Shown: piece after piece, positions 15,013 through 29,244 of the stretch
Layout of the letters: every line of letters starts with the position of its first letter
How positions within the stretch are numbered: position 1 is the first letter of the stretch
The notes under the pieces: model-generated
Databases searched by the model: none
Told to the model about the DNA's origin: nothing
Seen by the model: only the letters and a program-made list of their open reading frames with translations
Position numbers and translations under genes: made by a program
Origin: the human T2T-CHM13v2.0 reference genome, Homo sapiens
Reading direction: 5' to 3' (one strand)
DNA: 64,000 nt
Assembly: GCF_009914755.1 (NCBI RefSeq)
Contig: NC_060942.1

Positions 15013-15271
15013 AAACTTGGCAAAGTTACCTTCTGGGTCTGTTGCTTCCTTTATCAAATGGAGTTAATAATATTATGTACTTCTTAGGCCACTAGGACAA
15101 TAACTGAGAGTATTCCTTCATTTAAATCAGTTAGCATAGTGCCAGTAAGTTAGCATTATGCACTTACATGATAAATGTAGGATGAGTAATAGATATTCTT
15201 ATTGTTTTCTATTGTTGTTGATGTTTTTAGAGGCTGGAATACGAGGAGTGAGAAGAAAACAATACCACCCA

Positions 15272-15680
15272 TGTCTTAGTCAATTTTGTATTGCTATAAA
15301 GGAACACCAGAGACTGGGTAATTTATGAAGAAAAGAAGTATTTTTGGCTCACAGTTCTTCAGGCTGTATAAGAAGCATGGTGCCAGCATCTGCTCGGCTT
15401 CTAATGAGGCCTCAAGGAGCTTTTAGTCATGGCAGAAGAAGAAGTGGGTCACATGGTGAAAGAGGGAGCAAGAAACAGAGGAGGAAGTGTCAAGCCTTTA
15501 AACAACCAGTTCTTATGTGAAATTTAGAGTAAGAACTCATTCATTACCACGTAGGGGCATCAAGCCAGTCATGAGGGAACTGCCTCCTAACCCAACACCT
15601 CCCACTAAACCCCACCTCTAACACTGGGGCATCACATTTCAACAGGTGATTTGAAGGGAACAAACATCCAAACTACATCA
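15272..15680 (-). mobile_element. MSTB-like MaLR solo LTR
   Basis: tgtcttagtc...gactgggtaatttatgaagaaaag...aagcatggtgccagcatctgctcggcttct...atccaaactacatca; 5-bp TSD ACCCA/ACCAA. Confidence 0.9.
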
Positions 15681-17565
15681 ACCAATATAAGGTATAAACT
15701 CTGAATGAGATATGAATAGGAATTTATGAGTATAGGGAAGCAGAGGAGGTGAGATACAAGAGAAGACCTGGTAGAGAAGAGAAAATTGTTAGGAGTGGCT
15801 GAGAAACGTTTAATATGATTTTTAAAAACTCTATTCAATTTTAGTTTATTGGTTTCTCATGCTTGCTTTCCAGGTGGAAACCACCAACCAATTGGAAGGT
15901 GACTAGGGTGAATATAGCCCAAGGAACTTGCAAAACTCTTTGGAGGGCCAAGGAGTAAAGGACTTCATTCAGGGTGTGACATGGTGGGCCACACCCATCA
16001 ACAGAATCTCAGCCAGGGCTTCAGAACTAATGTAAAAAGTTACCAGGTTTATAATACTTAAAGAGTTTTGGTTTCCTATGGCTTTTATATTCATACTTTC
16101 CATTGTTATTTTGTGGTTCAATAAAAATGAACAAACTGTGTTAGGATCTGTTTCAGTTAAAGTTTTATGGTATTGTGTTGACTTGAAACATTGACTCTTA
16201 GGTTAAAAATGGATGATGGATTCACAAGAATTGGAGAAAAGTGCTTTGGGATTTTGAGATAAAGATTATATGTCAGCTTTTCTTATGAGGAGTGGTACTT
16301 AGTGGGAAGGACACTGGACTGGAAGTCAAGAGATTTTAGACAAGATCCTTCTGAATTGTAATTTCCATTCCTCTAAAATAAAGCTAATCCCTATTTCACA
16401 AAGTCATTAAAAAAACAAAATATCTCAGTCAGCCTAGTATAGTACTAGGAACATAGCTGTATTCAAAAAAGCTTGTATGTGTTATTTCAACAAATATTTC
16501 TTAAATAGCTATCATGTGTCAAGTGCTATTCTCAATGCCAGTGGAAAAACAAAAATGTGTTCTCTGCCTTAAATAAGTTCATTTTTAGTGGCTAAGTAAG
16601 AGAGAAAAAGACAAAAGAAAATAAATAAAATAGTTATAAGCTGTAATAATTGTATGCAGAAAATCAAGAGACTGTGATAGAGAATACCAGTGGCATATTT
16701 TAGATTGGCTCGTTCATAATTTCTGAATTATGTAGATTTAAGAAACTATTGCTCTAAGTTTAAAGCAGATAATAATATACATTTGTTTTTACCTTTCCTT
16801 TCCATTCTGACATGCTTGCTGTTTGACCTTGGATGATCTCTTTCAGGTGAAAAAATCTTATAACTCAGTTACAAAGACTTAGTTTTACTGCTAATAATGA
16901 ATGTGGAACTTATAGTCCTTTGCCTTCTACTCTGTCCAAATCTGATGAGTTATTTTAGCCTAGAAAGGTAAATAATTAAAAAGTTAGGGAAACAACAATT
17001 GGATCACAGATTGCCATGATGCATAAAAACACTTTGTTATGAATCATGTGTCAAAGGAAATGTATGCTTTGTAGGTTGCAGCCTTTCAAACCCTGAAACT
17101 GGGCAAATGTCTGAATCTCTGGACTTATTTGTTTTTTTAGTAGAAGAATAAACCATTGGTGACTCGAGTCATCTAAATAATCATTTTACTACTCAAACTC
17201 TTCTTCCTTTTTTATAATGAAGCTGCAGGATTTTTAGAGCTATTTTTATCCAGATAATAATTTACATAGAGCTCATTAAGTAGAACACATAGTTTTATCT
17301 GTAAAAGGTTTTCTGAAAAAAAAATTAAAAAGAATGCCTAAGAGACTTTTAGAGTTAACTACCCCTCCTTGATCTAACAACATATTACAGTAAGAAGTTA
17401 TAAAAAGAGAAGACAATATAGATTTCCAATTATCATATTAATCAGTTGGGCCTGCTTCTAAAAACCAACCAGTTATTCAGTTTCTAAAACCTTAACATAT
17501 ATTTTGAGTGAGATTCAGCTAAGCCTAGCACCATACAATGTCAGAGTTGGAAGAGAGCTTAGGAG

Positions 17566-17735
17566 AATGGCTCCTGAACCTGACAGGTGGTCAATCTCCC
17601 AGGGAGCTTATAAAATATATGCACCCAGAAGTTCTATGCTAGTCTTACTAAATCAAATCCTTGCTGAGTGGGGCCACGAAATCTGTACATTTATCAAGTT
17701 CTCAAGATAATGAGAAGCTCAGTTTGGAAATTTCT
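17566..17735. mobile_element. MER5A-like hAT-Charlie element
   Basis: cagggagcttataaaa...tactaaatcaaatc...gtggggccacgaaatctgtacatttatcaagttctc...agtttggaaa. Confidence 0.6.
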
Positions 17736-18169
17736 TTAAAGTACCATCGAAGGCACTGAGATCCAATATTGCAATGGGCATTTAAGATATTAAAAGTAAA
17801 TGGGGAAGTCATGTACTCATGTATTCATTTTATTTTTTAATTAATATTTATTTTTTTATGTACATAGTGCTTACTTACAGGCAAAGGATGCAAAGGTGAA
17901 AAAATATGATCTCTGACTTCAAGTATTTATTATTTTTTAGAGTCAAAAGGGTGTAATAATGTAAATAGGTGTGTGTGTTTTTCCTAGAGCCTCAAAGAGT
18001 GTGTATATTTTATTTTCTTTTTCCCAAAACCATGAGGTTCAGATACTAATATTCCCAAAGTAATATTTTTCCTTTTCTACTCTATGTTAAGTAGAGGTAC
18101 AACACATATGATTAACAGATTTTTTCATGGGAACAAAAAATAAATATTAAAGAATAAAAGTGAACATCA

Positions 18170-18380
18170 TTAGTGTTTATTCTAGGTATTGAACTAAGCA
18201 TTTTATTTGTTCACATATAATCCTCACAATGACATTATCAAATGGGACTATCACTATTCCTATTTTATAACTGATGAAACTGAGACATAGAAAGGTTAAA
18301 TAACGTGCCCAGAGTCACAGAGCCTGTAGGTAGTAGTGCCAGAAGTTGAGCTCCAGAGTTGGTGGGCTTACTCACCATAT
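18170..18380. mobile_element. MIR SINE
   Basis: aatcctcacaa...cctattttataactgatgaaactgagacatagaaaggttaaataacgtgcccagagtcacag MIR core. Confidence 0.8.
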
Positions 18381-19190
18381 GATAGTGACTCTGGAATAAA
18401 GGAGAAACAAAAATAATTTTTGCCATAAACTATCCAGTGGCACACTGTTGTTAGTAACAGATAAGACAATGGTATTCTGACGTTCAGCAAGAAGGAAATC
18501 ACTGGGATAACTACGTATTATAAATTCTTTGTTTCCAGTTCCATAAAATGTATACCACCAAAAAGAAAAATTCTGACTGCAGGGAAGCAGTACACTCTGT
18601 AGACCCCGGAGAAAAATAAATCACCATGAGATTTGACAACAATCAATTTTTCACTGCACGCTAATCAAGCAGATAGAAAGAAGGCCATGGTAAGTGATTT
18701 ACTTAGTTAAATCTTTGAGGGAGGAGAGTTAGTTAATTCATAGAGCTGTATGCTTTATACATTGACAAAACCCAGCAATGTCAACAGTATAAAATGTGTA
18801 TCATTCTAACAATGATGAATGCAAATGCGTAGGATGCTCTGTCTGCCTGCTTAATTTCAGAAAAATCAAGACACTTCTATTTGGCAACTGGTGCCTGAGT
18901 CCTGTTGTTCCCATTAACTTACCCATGGATGTGTGGCAATTTATTTCTCAGGGAATTGTTTTGAGGCTGCTCTGGCAACAACAACAAAAAAACACCAGAT
19001 AGCTCTCCTTGAGATAAATGCATGAATGTGGCTAGATGAGTATCCTTATTAAGGAAATAGACAAATTGTTTCCTTATACCTTGAAGTTCCTTGGCCATCT
19101 GGGACTTACTTTAGGATATCCTGGAACCTGCTGTCAGCCTTCTCCTGTTCTACAGTGTCCCTTCCATCTTCTCATTAATCAAGGTTTGAC

Positions 19191-19560
19191 TGCATCAGTC
19201 AGGTTAGTCTGGGTTATGCTGCAGTAACAAGCAACCTTCAAGTCTAAACAGCTAAACCAAGCAAAAGTGTATTACTTGCTAATGTTACATGTGCAGCAAA
19301 GAGGGGTATGGAAGTCTTGAGCTTAATATAATCATCTAGAGTCAGGCTAAAAGAAGGCCTACCTCAATTCCAGTGTTTTCAATGACCAGAGGAGGAAAAG
19401 GAAATGTGGTAATTACACATTGGCTCATAAGGCTTCTGTCTGGTAAAAATTAGATGTCACTTCAGATTCAGACTACTTTTCTTATGCCAAAGCAAGTTAC
19501 ATGACTTTGAATAATTTTAAAGGAAATGGGTAAAAGATGTGAAATAGAATACATAACCAA
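19191..19560 (-). mobile_element. MLT1 (I/K-like) MaLR LTR
   Basis: tgcatcagtcaggttagtctgggttatgctgcagtaacaa terminus and downstream gtcacttc...ccaaagcaagttacatg. Confidence 0.65.
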
Positions 19561-20579
19561 TAGTCTTAATGTAAAAACAGGAGATATAGGAATCTTAGAC
19601 ATGCTGGTGAGTGCTGAGAATTTAGGAGCACCCACAACCTGATCTCTTGGGTTTCTAGCTGCATGACTTCATGAATATCTTTTCTTGTCTTAAGCATCTT
19701 CCTGTACCTCAGCCCAGGGCCAAGGTTCAATATTTAGGATAGTCTCTTCTCTACAGGATAAGGAGAAGACAGGGTTAGGAGCAACGAATACAGATCATAA
19801 ACTGAGAGGCCCATGTGCTGTTTTTAAAACAAAAACTTTATAGCTTTTGCGTAAAAACCAAAATTGATGGCAGGTGAGTTTGGATGCTTCCTGCTCAAAT
19901 CTAATTAAGCCCTCCAAAAATGTCTAATAAAAGTCTTGCCCAGCCAACTTGCATGTTCACCCCCCCTTATCACTTCTCCCTCTGTCCTAGATGGTTTGCT
20001 TTTGATTATTTAAAAAAAAATTACATATGGTTGCAGTCGTTAAAAGCCATGGAATGTAGCAATAACCATGGTATTATTCTTCAGTGTCCACCTGCAGAGC
20101 TGACTCTACCAGAGAAGAGTTCACCCCTCCTTAGCAAAGTGCCCCACGCAGCTGCCACACCACACTAATTGGAGTGTGTATCAATGTCAAAAGCCATCCC
20201 ATTGCTAATATCATAGTTTCTCACTTTGAAGGAGGAGCAAGCTAATTCCACAGTCTTCTCCTGTAGGACAAATGCTAGGTAAATATTTTATGTCATTAAC
20301 AGTCTTCACTTTTAATTTCACATTTTACAAGAGTGTGACTTGGAGTGAAAGCTTTCATTTATCTCACCAGAAGACATAACATTCTTCAAAAGAAGAGAAA
20401 ATAAAAATGAAATGAGCATTTGCTCTTATTTGTCCTTATATTTTAATTCTCTTCCTAGTAAGCCCAAGGAAAAGCAAGTGTCTACACATTCCAACCAAGG
20501 GTTCTAAATCTGGGCCTTCCAAAATACTTTCTCCCAGTGGAATCACGGACCTCGAAATTACTGGTAGGCAAAGAATCCA

Positions 20580-21138
20580 CATAATACATCTTCATCCACT
20601 TTATCAGCAAGTCCTAATTTCTGTACCTTCAAATTCTGACTCTATGTTTTTCCCACCACTTCCACCAGAACTACCCTAGTCCACGCCACTATCATATCCC
20701 ACCTAGGTTAGTTATTGAAATAGCTTCCTAAGTGAACTGAACTGCATGATTCTACCCTTGCTCTGCTATGGTCTATTCTTGACTCAAAACCTATAGTGTT
20801 CTTTTTCACAGTAAATCATAGTCACTCCCATTTCATAACCGTTTAGCAGATTCATATTACAGACAGAGGGAGATCCAGATTCTTCTATAGTACACAGTGA
20901 AGCCTTGGTTTCTGACTTCAGCCTCTACCATTCTTCTCTTTGTCTGTATTCCAGCCAAATAGGCCAACTTACAGTTTCTTGAACATAACAAATGTGCTCA
21001 AAGTTTTTGTACTGTACAATTTTTTTTTTCTCAATGCTTAAAATCTTTTCCTTAAATCATACTGATTGTTTGCTTCTTAACTTGATGAAATGTCTGGTCT
21101 AATGTTGCCTCACAAAAGAACCTTTTCTTGACTGCCCT
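20580..21138. mobile_element. L2 LINE fragment
   Basis: atcagcaagtcct...taccttcaaa...accctagtccacgccactatcat...tagcttcctaagtg...cagtttcttgaacat. Confidence 0.65.
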
Positions 21139-21997
21139 ATTAGTTTTCTATAGCTATTTAAAATAGAAAACTGATTCCTATTGCTTTTTAAAAACCCCAA
21201 AACTCAGTGGCTTAACATAATAAATACTTATTATCTTACATAGTTTATGTGGGTAAGGAATCTGAAAGCAACTTAGCTTGATGGTTCTGACTCAGAGGTT
21301 TCAGTTAAGTTGTCAGCCAGGAAGGTAGTCACCTGAAGGCTTGACTGGAGCTGAAGTACCAAATTCTAAGGAGGCTCCCTCAAAGTCCTAGCAAATCAAT
21401 GCTGGATGTCTTCAGAAGACCTCTGATCATCAAATCGACAATCCAGGGATGATTCCATATTTTCAAAACACGGTAGCTGGCTTTTCCCAGGATGAGTGGG
21501 TGAAGACAGAATAAAAAGGAAGCCTCAATGCTCTTTATAACTTAATCTTGGAAGTCAGCACACCTTCTCTTTCATTTTATTCTACTTGGTGGAATACTAA
21601 ATCCAACTGTTACTCAAGGAGAGAGAAATTAACCACCTCCTCTTGGAAGGAGGAGTATCAAATAATTTGCAGACCTTTTTTTCCCCTTTCTTTCTTTTGA
21701 GACAACGTCTTGCTCTGTCATCCAGGTGGGAGTGCAGTGGCGTGATCATGGCTCACTGCACCCTCGACCTCCAGGGCTCAAGTTATCCTCCCAGCTCTGC
21801 CTCCTGAGTAACTGGGACTATAGGCACATACACTAGGCTAACTTTTGTGTTTTTTTGTAGATATGGGGTTTTGCCATGTTACTCAGGCTGGTCTTGAACT
21901 TCTGGGCTCAAGCAACTCACCTGTCTCAGCCTCCCAAAGTGCTGGGATTACAAATGTGAGCCACCACACCTGGCCAGAAGGTTCTGGAAACCACTAA
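21139..21997 (-). mobile_element. MLT1G/H-like MaLR LTR interrupted by AluJ
   Basis: cccaaaactcagtggcttaa...aggaatctgaaagcaacttagct...ctgaaggcttgactggagctg...cttggaagtca; terminus resumes after the Alu. Confidence 0.7.
21676..21975 (-). mobile_element. AluJ
   Basis: Antisense Alu with J diagnostics (gatcatggctcactgca, gggctcaag in both arms). Confidence 0.92.
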
Positions 21998-22104
21998 AAC
22001 AAGTAAAACTGTATTCCTCATGCCATTCCTCCTACAACTGTCTCTCTCTGTGTCCTGCTTCATTCATCTTTATGCCATTTATGACTCATTATATCTCTCT
22101 AAAT

Positions 22105-22154
22105 AGACAATAAGGTAAAGTTAAGAATAGAGACAATAAGGTAAAGTTAAGAAT
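22105..22154. repeat. 26-bp-period tandem duplication
   Basis: AGACAATAAGGTAAAGTTAAGAAT at 22105-22128 and 22131-22154. Confidence 0.95.
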
Positions 22155-22298
22155 CCTTAGACCAGGTTTTGTGAATTCAAGTCCCAAGTCTATGACTTAT
22201 GGAGAGTAAAACCTCAGACAAATTATATAACTTCTCTGTGACTCAGTTTTTAGATCTTTAAAATTGGCCACTGAGCACCTACCTTAAAGAGTTGTGGG

Positions 22299-22685
<387 letters not shown>

Positions 22686-24977
22686 TCACGTATTATAATT
22701 ATTACTATATTATTTTTAGCAAACTAGTGTTTATTTATTCTTTCCTTATTGGAATATGATTTGCATCAGTGCAAAATATTTGTCTGTCTGTTCACTATTG
22801 TGTTCTTGGTGTTTAGAATAGGTTTTAAAAATACATGTTGACTAAACTTATGCTCTAGAAGGCAAATATATTTATTTATATAATTCACATTTAAAAGATA
22901 AAAAGTACTTAAATATGTTCAATAATTTATCTATTCATTCCTTCATTCAAAATGTTTCTGCTGAGTGCTTCCTAAAAGTTTCACAGGGACATCTATTTAA
23001 AACACATCATCTTTTCACCCAGATACAAATTAGTGTTACATTAGAGGAAATTAGAATAGAAGAACCAAAGAAAGAGTCAGACAAAAAAGAACAATAACTA
23101 ATTAAAATAAGCTGTGATTATAGCTAGAGTTATTATATTAATAATTTGATAATTTGTAATTGCTTGTAAATTGTCTCAGTAAGAAATATGTAGGTTAAAC
23201 TGCTCTATCTTTCTACATAAAAAGTCATTAATTAACTGAGCAAGCATAAGAGAAGTACCTGAATGAGGAAAGAGAACCATGGAACATGTAAGATATAATT
23301 TGGGAAACACTGCTATGGTCATCTTGCTTCTCTGAGGGCGGTATAAGGTGCTTGTTAAGTTTAATTTCAATGATGATCCTAAGATTTCTTAACAAACATG
23401 ATTCAGAGACAATAGAGGTCTATTACATACTTTCTTTCAAAATTCAGAAGTTAAAAGCTTAAATAAATTTGAAATAAAAAAATTGTATTTTAATTACACA
23501 GTATATGCGGACTTCACAGAATTTTCCATTTTGCCTGAACCAGTGCAAGCCAAGCACAATGTGACTCACACAGCTGTCTACATTGGACATCAACCACAAA
23601 CAGACTCATAGCCCAAGGCCCATTTGGAAGAGGTCTGGAAACATGTCATGCCTATATGTTATCACCACACTTACTCCTGCACCTGCAGTTTGCTTTCTAG
23701 AGTTATTAACGGGAAACCTCAAGTCCCTTTACATCAAATGTATTTGATGAAAGGATGGCAGTGCTGCACCAGAAGGATGTGCATGTTAACAAGTTTGCCC
23801 AACCACAGGCATGGCCAGATACTCTTGAGTGAATATTATTTGGGCCAGAAAAACAAAGAGTGGCAGACTTCGTTTTAAATGACTGCTTTTAGCAAAAAAC
23901 CTGGTGATGAGTCAATAGACCTAGACAAAGGCTGTAGTGCACGGACCTTCCTGATTTATAGGTGGCCACTTCTTCTTTTCCTGATTATGCTATGCTCATT
24001 TTATGTTTGCTTCTTGTGTGAACTCACACAACAAGGTGTTATATATATTTTGTTTGTTTAGCATAGTGGTTTTGAATGATGGCTGCAAAATTACACTCTG
24101 CTTCTAAGGAATGAACACAGGAATTAAATCTATTTCTGCCTATTGTGAAGAAAAACAAATACTGATCTTTTAAATAAGGTTCTTATGCAAAACAGAAAAC
24201 AAAAGTAACTGTTAAATAAGATACTTATGCAAGACAGCTTAAAATTTGGATTGCTTCATGGAAATATTATGGAAAGATCAGATAATGAGTAATTACTTAT
24301 TACAAAAATACTGTAATTTTTGAATAATATAAACACATTAGAAAATAAAGAGGAAGATTTAGTACTATTCTCCTTTTATTAATTCCTTAAATAAATAAAT
24401 AAATATATATCATGCATATCATACATATGGCATGTGCTGGGCATTGAGGATGCAAGGTAGACAAAACATAAATGGTCTCTGAACTCCTGGTGCTTATGTC
24501 AGCACTGAGCATAGGGAATGCAAACATTAAACAAATAATTGCACAAAATGTGAGATTTAAGGTGTGTCTGTGCAATGCCTTGAGAAAGAAGTATCGTGAA
24601 TTACTCACACAAGAATACTTATTGAGTAGCTACTATATGTGCCCTTTCCCTTTTGAGGATATAATAGTGAACAAAAATCAGCAAAGTGTTCTTTTTTAAT
24701 TGAAAAAAATCAGCAAAAATCTCTGCTTTTGGAGAAGCAATAAACAAAATAAATACAGAAATTCTTGAAAATCTTATATCAATCACAGATATGGTATAAT
24801 AGGAGATATGGAATAATAGAAGATGTGATCAGAGAGGAACTGAATTGAGGTAGGAGATAGAAAAAGTAGGGCCTTCTAGCTCATTTCAGGGCCATAGGCT
24901 TGTATCCTAGTAACATGGAAAGTTGTGGAGAGTTGGAGGAGTGGCATGGTCTGACATGTCTTAAGAAGGTCACCCTC

Positions 24978-25285
24978 GGCTGGGCACGGTGGCTCATGCC
25001 TGTAATCCCAACACTTTGGGAAGCCGAGGCAGGTGGATCACCTGAGGTCAGGAGTTCAAGACTAGCCTGGATAAGATGGTGAAACCCCATCTCTACTAAA
25101 ACCACAAAAATTAGCTGGGTGTGGTGGTGGGCACCTGTAATCCCAGCTACTCAGAAGGTTGAGGCAGGAGAATTGCTTGAACTCGGGAGTTGGAGGTTAC
25201 AGTGAGCAGAGATTTTGCCATTGGACTCCAGCCTGGGCAACAAGAGCTAAACTCTGTCAAAAAATAATAATAAAAAATAAAAAAA
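24978..25285 (+). mobile_element. AluSq-like inserted in an L2
   Basis: Full Alu; gggcaacaagagc.aaactc diagnostic; L2 context (atcactctggctg) resumes after the tail. Confidence 0.93.
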
Positions 25286-27608
25286 TCACTCTGGCTGTTA
25301 AGTAGCAAAGAGAGAGGCATGGAGACCCATGAGAAGTCTACTCCACATTTCCACATTCTAGGCACAAATAAGGGTAGTTCAGGTATTGGTGGCAAAATTA
25401 CAGATAGTGAAAAGTGGTTGTGTTCCAGATATAATTTCAAGGTACAGCCTCAGAGCTGGCTGCTGGATTTAATAGCAAAGGGAAAAAGAGAGGAGTCAGG
25501 GGTAAACCTAGGAACTCTTGAGATAGTGAGGTATTTTAAGAAATTCTTCCTTGAGGGAGTGACAGTTGAGTTATTTGAAGGAATAATAAGAATTAATTAG
25601 AAAAACAGTAAGGAGGGACAGAACACATAGATTGAGAATTGATTATATTTGTAGGACACCTCCTAGGAAGATGAAAGGAAAAGGCTTTTTTGTTTATCGA
25701 GCTATTAACTAAGAAAAGATAAATTAGATGCATTATACTTGTAAAACTTTTAGGGAAGATATCATTTGCAACAATTTGTAGCATAAAAGCAGCACATATG
25801 GCATAGTATTAATCAGAAATTTTTATATTAGGCTTTATATTCATTAGTTTCTTGTACATGAATTTAATAAATTTTATATCAAAATGACTATTAATAGAAT
25901 TTTTTTTACACTATTCATCTGTACCCAACCAATAAGAAAAAAAGGTCAAATTGTGTATTTCCATAATTACATTAACATTCTCCTTTTTAACAACAGCGAG
26001 GAGTGGAAAGTAGTATGTGTATTAGGAAAACATAATGCCCTGGCAGTTCTGGAGCCTTCTACTGTAAACAAATTAGAAAACTTCCAGCCTGCTTATAAAG
26101 ATTCAAAGTACACATTTAACCTGGATATGAACTATATTAAATCTGGTCACATATTAAATAAATCTAAGCAAACATGTACAGCATCAGCAAACGTGTAATA
26201 TTTCCAAACATTTTCTCTTTCTGTCAAATATTTACATCTTTTAATAGTTTTGTGTTTATTTTACTTATTAAATAATTGCTTGCCTCTTTTCGGTTTCTTA
26301 AACAGTATTTATATAAAAGAAGTCATAACAAGATGGCATTGCCACCTCTGTTGTGTTGAATGTATTTTAAAGCATTGCGTTTGCACTTTAGTTTTTACTG
26401 TTTGCATTTTTATTTTTTTAGAGCCGCTTCTAGAAGTACTTAATCTCAGATGAGTTATTAACCAAATTTTAAAAATCAGGTTACTCAAACTGCCCAAAGA
26501 AATAATAATAAAAGACATCAAAGCCTTTGTATTTTGCTATTTTTAAAACTAGGACCAGTCAAGTTTGGTTTGATTTTTCTAAGGGAAGACATCAGAAGTA
26601 TTAGGGCAGGATGTACAGAATTATGACAATGAAGCTCTCCCAGCATGGAGTTGACAGAATAAAGGAAACCCCGTCAGGGACACATCTGGCTACAGGCTTG
26701 CATTTTAACATGATGTATCATGTCTTCTGGTTTGAAAATAGTAAACTACCCAGATCACATTCTTCAAGAGTTTGGAAACTCAAATATACTTTTGGGAGAA
26801 AATAATAGGTTTCATTTTTCCTTTTATGATGGAGTTAGGTTGAGGTGACTTGTATGATGATCCAATACAGTCGGTTCAGGAAAATCAGTCATTTAATCAG
26901 TTATTTTAGTTATTAACAAAAACAAAACAATTCTCACAATAGTGGTATTACATAAAGAGAAATACATATATGCAATTATTTTCTACTTGATTTTTCTAGC
27001 ATTGGCTAAATATATATAAATTTTCCTCAATAAAAACTTGTTTTCTTTATGATAAAGGCAGAATATTATTCAGGTGACTCTTACAATTCTTAGGCTTTGG
27101 TGGATTTTCCTAAGATAATTTTTCTGAAGTGAGTCACATGCCAGGAGAAGAGATGAGAAACCATTGTTGCAGCTGTCTTCTGTATAGGCCACCAGGTTTA
27201 ATTTTATACAACTACCTAGATCATAACTCTGTCCTAATGCTACCAGGACATCTCTAAGAACCGAGATGTCAACCCATTTTATCTTAAGGTTTTATTACTG
27301 CCTAAAAATAAGAGTGATGCCCAAATTATACAAACCATATCAAATAAAATGAACACAAGTCATGTCCAATTCCTGCTTCATGCTTTTAAAATTCTGGCTA
27401 TGGGGCATTATTGATACCTCCAGTTCACTGCATTCACTTACAGTATCTATCAAGTGTGATTATTCCAAAGACAAGCTCTTTTATGAGTAAATGTATTATT
27501 AATAATCACCTAATGTTCACATAATGTTCACATAATCCTCCAGTTTTATAATTGTTTTTTAATAATGCTAATACAAGTGTTCTTTGGAGAAGAAATGAAA
27601 TGAATTAT

Positions 27609-27968
27609 CACCATAGACTGAAAGTTTGTGTGCCCCAGCATTCATATGTTGAAACCTAATTGTCAATGTAATGGCATTACAGGATGGGACCTTTGTGAAA
27701 TGATTAGGTCATGAAGGTGGGGCCTTCATGAATGAGATTAGTGTCCTTATAAAAGAGTCTCCAGAAAGCTGGTTAACCCCTTCTCCCATGTGAGAATGCA
27801 GCAAGAAGACAGCCATCTATAAATCAGGAAGCAGGCATTCACCAGATACTGAGTCTACTGGTGCCTTGATCTTGGACTTCCCAGCCTCCAGAACTGTGAA
27901 AAATAAATTTCTGCTGTTTATAAGCCACATAGTCTGTGGTATTCTCCTATAGCAGCCTAAATGGAAAA
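27609..27968 (+). mobile_element. MLT1A0-like MaLR solo LTR
   Basis: attcatatgttgaaacctaa...gattaggtcatgaaggtggggcc...ttgatcttggacttcccagcctccagaactgtga...aataaatttctg. Confidence 0.9.
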
Positions 27969-28131
27969 ATTAATTATTATCCCTATTTTACTGATGAGAA
28001 AAATGAAGGTTTTAAAGATATTGAATCTATATTCTGGTGGTACTTTGAACTTATCTTTTTGTATATGTTGAGGTGACATTGTGACATTGATTATTATTAT
28101 TAGTAGTATTACTACTACTACCTACTACTAC

Positions 28132-29139
<1,008 letters not shown>

Positions 29140-29202
29140 TCACTGCAGCTCCCTTATACTGCATACTTTTGCCCAAGTGAAAGCATTTCTCTGTTGAAGT
29201 TT

Positions 29203-29244
29203 TCTGTGCAAAGTCTGTTCACATCTGTGCAAAGTCTGTTCACA
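29203..29244. repeat. Perfect 21-bp tandem duplication followed by a poly-T tract
   Basis: TCTGTGCAAAGTCTGTTCACA x2. Confidence 0.95.

Noticed and set aside
23635-23800. p53-like CATG/CAAG half-sites near an AP-1 site
   Set aside because: The half-sites do not show the canonical paired spacing.
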